Of a DNA stretch of 64,000 nt, positions 60,216-64,000 are shown piece by piece. A program made the translations under genes and the position numbers. This stretch comes from Hypanus sabinus (Eukaryota), in the NCBI RefSeq assembly GCF_030144855.1, contig NC_082711.1, positions 148,056,001 through 148,120,000 of the forward strand, in the 5' to 3' direction. The notes beneath the pieces were generated by a model, which had not been told where the DNA came from, made no database searches, and was given only the letters and a program-made list of their open reading frames with translations. Position 1 is the first letter of the stretch. The number at the start of each line of letters is the position of its first letter.

Positions 60216-62754
60216 TGTAAGGGGGTTTCTTCTTGGTGTAAGGGGGCTTCTTCTTTTTCTTTGTTACTGCGTATGTTAATCAAAATGGCTTCTTTGTTTT
60301 GTTAAAAGTAGGAATGCTTCTTTGTTATGATAAGTGCTTTCTCTCGCAGCTTGTTTGGGTTAAAATTTACTGATAACGAGAATTGTGTTCGTTTGTTAAC
60401 CAATTGGGATGGAGGTTATTCCTTCTTGTGGGTCTGTAAGCTATTGTTGGTGGGCTTTTGGGGAGTCGGCATGAGGGGGTGAGAGAGGGAGGACGTGATG
60501 CTGTAAGCTGGGCAACGGAACAGACCCCGAGCGAGGGTCCAAGGCCAGGGTTTTCGGCGAGGCTAGGGGACAAAGACAGATGTGCTGGGGGTGCTGGTTG
60601 ATCACTTTGGGTGGTCCTGAGCTATGAGTCGAGGAGGTCTGAGGGGATTGAATGGTGGCCAGAAGACTTTGTTAATTGAGCTCCAACGGTTGTGCATGAA
60701 GTGGTTTGGACTTTGATATGTTTGGCGCCTTTTCTTTATTTTCATTTCCTTCATAAATACTGCATCGTTTTTAATCACTTAGTTCCAGTAACATCTATAA
60801 AGTGTAATCATTTAATCGCATATGGTGTACAGTCTGTTATTTGGTGGGTTGGGGACATCACACAGCATCCACACAAGCTGGCTACCCAGTCTGGCAGGGC
60901 TGAAGGCTGCTCCCTCTAGACGGAAGCAAGCTGAGTGAGCCTGAGGCGAGCCAGGGGGCTACATTGTGCGTGCTCATCTGGGATTGAAATTCTGTGGAAT
61001 TCTGTGTGATCGCCCTCTTTAAATTATGTAGGCTGCGGGGATGGAAAGCTGGTGTGCGATTGTTGGTTATCACTGCATGCATGTTGGGTGGGGTGGCGGG
61101 TGGTACCCCGGAGGTCGTTGTTCGAGTTCAGATTAGTGCTGACGAAATGGTGGTGGGACCATGGGCTGTCCATACTGTTAAGAGAGAGGGGAAGGACTGG
61201 TGTTCCAGCTATGGCGGGCTCCGCCTGGTTGTTGGAAAAGTGTCCAGCCCTAAAAGGGTGGAGGCGTGGGCGGAGCGGACCTCTCAGTTGTTAGGTGAGT
61301 GGCAGTGCTTGGCTGAGGGAAAGTGACAGGGATTGGTTGGAAGTTTGAGTAGGCCGGCTGGTGACGTTGTCAGAACTGTCTGGTACGATTACCTCGGAGT
61401 GACAGCTGCCAGTAATGGGAAAGTGTGGGAAAATGCATTTGGTTCGACTGGAAGTCAAATGCCGCAGCTGGAGAGCTTACCATATCTGTGGCAGGAGATT
61501 GGTGGAAAGTTTTCAGGGTATCTTCTTTGGCTAGGGGGACAGATAAATTGGTTGTGGTGCCATGGGGATCTGTCAAGGAAATCAGCTACTCTCTCAGTTG
61601 TTCAGTTGATCTGAGAGGTGTCGGGAAACTTAGAGGAGGCCCAGTGGGGAAACGGCTTGGAGTCATATTCCCGGCAATGTACCAAGGAACTCCCGAAAGG
61701 AACAGACCCTTTTCCTGAAGGCGTAGAGGGACCACGCACTTGGGTATTATTACGGATGGATGGAAGCCACGCTAAAGCAATCCTCAACACCTGGGCGCAG
61801 GTCAAGTTGCTGTACAGTTCGTTTTACAACCGGTATTGGAAGCATTTACCCTTGACGACATTGAGGGCACTGGAGATTTGGGTTACCAGTGCCAGTGATT
61901 ATCCAGATGACAGTTATTGGTCAGAGAAAGTGGAGTTCTTAGAGGCCAATGTGAGGGTACCTGAGGTTCGTGAATCATTAATGCTGATGTGTCCGGATAC
62001 TGTTGAGACGGGCAGCGTTTCGATTCTGGAGGATTGGTGTGGAGGAGCATGGGGGCCTGCCAGGAGGAGGCGGGTGAAAGCTGTTTGGAGACATTGACTG
62101 TACACCCCGTGAAAGCTACTTGTGAGGATTTGTGTAGCAGCCGAGGGCTGGTACTGAATTCAAATGAGAGTCGGTGCTGGTACGGCCTGGGGGAAGTATC
62201 TGAGGTGAGACCCTCTTAGTGGACGCTCTGAAATACCACGAGGGAGGGGATCTGACCACTGAAGACACCTACCGAGAGGTTGTGGCGACTGGCCCTGGCA
62301 GCCGTGGAAGACGTAGGCAGCGTGTGTGTGGAGTATAATGCGCTGAAGAGGCGCACCTGTCACTGACCAGAATACGGCCCTGAGGGCCGAAGAGGCAATG
62401 ACCTGTCTGAGTGGTGCAAAGTGGCTTAAGGCGCTGGATCTGAGGAGTGGATGTTGCCAGATGCCGATGAGTGAGGCCGACAAGGAGAAGATAGCCGTTA
62501 TAGGTCCCCTAGGATTCTTCCGGTCCGAAAAGATGCCACAGGGCATATCTGGAGCCCTTGCAACCTTCCTGTGGGGCGTGGGGAAGACCTTGGGGGATGT
62601 GGGGATGTTTGGAGTTTTGGCGTATGTGGATGATCTCATGGTATTTGGATCTGCCTCAGAAGAATCTGAAGTGAGACTGTTGCAGGAGCGGCTGAGAACT
62701 AAAGAGCGAAAGCTTTCTCTGGACATGTGGATTGAGGCTTACCAGGGGGCTACA
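60216..62754 (+). mobile_element. Gypsy/Ty3 LTR retrotransposon with PNMA-like gag; internally deleted, 3' LTR reduced to about 22 bp
   Basis: 4-bp TSD CCAC; 5' LTR 60216-60963 (TGTAA..CTACA); gag [27 protein letters not shown]; protease ILNTWAQV; RT LDLRSG..MPQG..YVDD. Confidence 0.9.
60967..60984 (+). other. Degenerate tRNA-Pro primer-binding site of the Gypsy element
   Basis: TGCGTGCTCATCTGGGAT vs TGGGGGCTCGTCCGGGAT, 14/18 identical, 3 nt after the LTR end. Confidence 0.65.
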
Positions 62755-63516
62755 CCACCATGCTACTGAGCTGCCCAGTTTCAATCACCCTTCCTCAGAG
62801 CTGAAGGATCATTGATTTAAAATGTTAATGGGTTTTACTTCCACAAATGCTGAATTTTTCCAGCATTTCTATTTTTACTTCATATACTATTATGGACCTT
62901 GTTGCCAGCATGCATCTCCAAATAGTCACTTATTTTCAGCCAGTCTCCAGTTAATTGATGACATTTTTTGGAATATGGTGGCAGGTGCTAGATTTCCTTG
63001 ACTTCATGTCTCAATATTGTTAGATTGTTCAACTGTGAGAAACCTCTTTGATTTACCACGATTTACTTATAAGAAAGAAGTTTTATAAAACTGCTACCTG
63101 ATGGAGTTGTACAATGGAGTTGTACATAGTAATTTTTCTGTAAATTTCAAACTTATTCTGGTTCTAAAGGGTTATATTAAACAGCATGATGATATAGAAC
63201 TTCAGAAGTCCAAAGATTGAACAAGGCTTATTTTTAAAACAAAAATACCTTCCCAGTTTGGCAGCTTTGTGATTGAAGACAATATTCAACTAAGCCATTT
63301 CAACTGATTTCTTAATGAAAAACTTATAAATGCCCAGGAAAAACACAAAAAGGAACCATAGCTTTCAACACTTATATATATTGCCTATACAACATAGCTC
63401 TTCCTTTGTTCCATTTAATATGTAGTTAGCAAAGCCTTTTCCAACAGTATGATTAAAATACTAGATCTCTAGACTTAGGTTCACATTACCTTTGGAAGTT
63501 ACCTCACATAGATGAC

Positions 63517-63975
63517 ACTCAGTAGCCACTTATTAGATACACCTGTTTATTAATGCAAATATCAAATCAGCCAATCATGTGACAGTAACTCAATGCATAA
63601 AAGCATGCATGCATGGTCAAGAGGCTCAATTCTTGTTCAGACCAAACATTAGAATGGGGGAAGAAATGTGATCTAAGTGGCTTCGACTGTGGAACAATTG
63701 TTGGTGTCAGATGGAGCCATCTGAATATCTCAGAAATTGCTGATCTGAAATTTTCACGCACACCAGTCTCCAGAGATTACAGACAGTGGTGTGAGAAAAC
63801 ATCCTGTGAGCTGCAGTTTTGTGGGCAAAAATGCCTTGTTAATGAGAGTGGTCAGAAGAGAATGGCCACACTGGTTCTAGCTGACAGAAAGGTGACAGTA
63901 ACTCAAGTAACAACATGTAATAACAGTGGTGTGCAGAAGAGTGGCTTTTCCCCTTAATAATAAATGTCCCACTTT
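63517..63975 (+). mobile_element. Non-autonomous Tc1-like element, copy 2
   Basis: CTCAGTAGCCACTTATTAGATACACC start; GKKCDLSGFDCGTIVGVR..NISEIADLKFSRT HTH remnant. Confidence 0.75.
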
Positions 63976-64000
63976 GGATACTGTTGTGGGGGGGAAATGA

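Noticed and set aside
62160-62726. 188-aa minus-strand ORF, the longest in the track
   Set aside because: Antisense shadow of the Gypsy RT (YVDD) region.
55700-64000. MRPS17 exons expected upstream of NIPSNAP2
   Set aside because: No matching coding sequence recognised; the gene may lie beyond the window.

Overview
Eukaryotic, AT-rich, repeat-dense vertebrate DNA. The repeat families (CR1, Rex1/Babar-like LINEs, V-SINEs, a Deu-domain SINE, Penelope pLTRs) point to a cartilaginous fish, probably a ray; this is inference. Two spliced genes face each other tail-to-tail, as in human: the last four coding exons of PSPH (+, 3519-6987) and a complete 10-exon NIPSNAP2/GBAS (-, 55592-17007; 888 nt, 295 aa) with a CpG-rich promoter carrying NRF1 and YY1 motifs. 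The ORF track mostly shows transposon fragments and antisense shadows. Most notable non-genic content: (1) an old, highly decayed class I-like endogenous retrovirus in NIPSNAP2 intron 3 (LTR, RNase H, integrase, env, PPT, LTR) whose env immunosuppressive domain is split by a LINE; (2) about ten Penelope-type minimal hammerhead-ribozyme motifs, some in short hairpin units that transposed with their own TSDs; (3) a Penelope copy with an exact twin-priming-like 5' inversion; (4) a hAT transposon carrying two related solo LTRs; (5) a PNMA-like-gag Gypsy element nested in a SINE. All assignments come from reading the sequence by eye and recalling family motifs; no database search or alignment was run, and repeat boundaries without TSDs are approximate.
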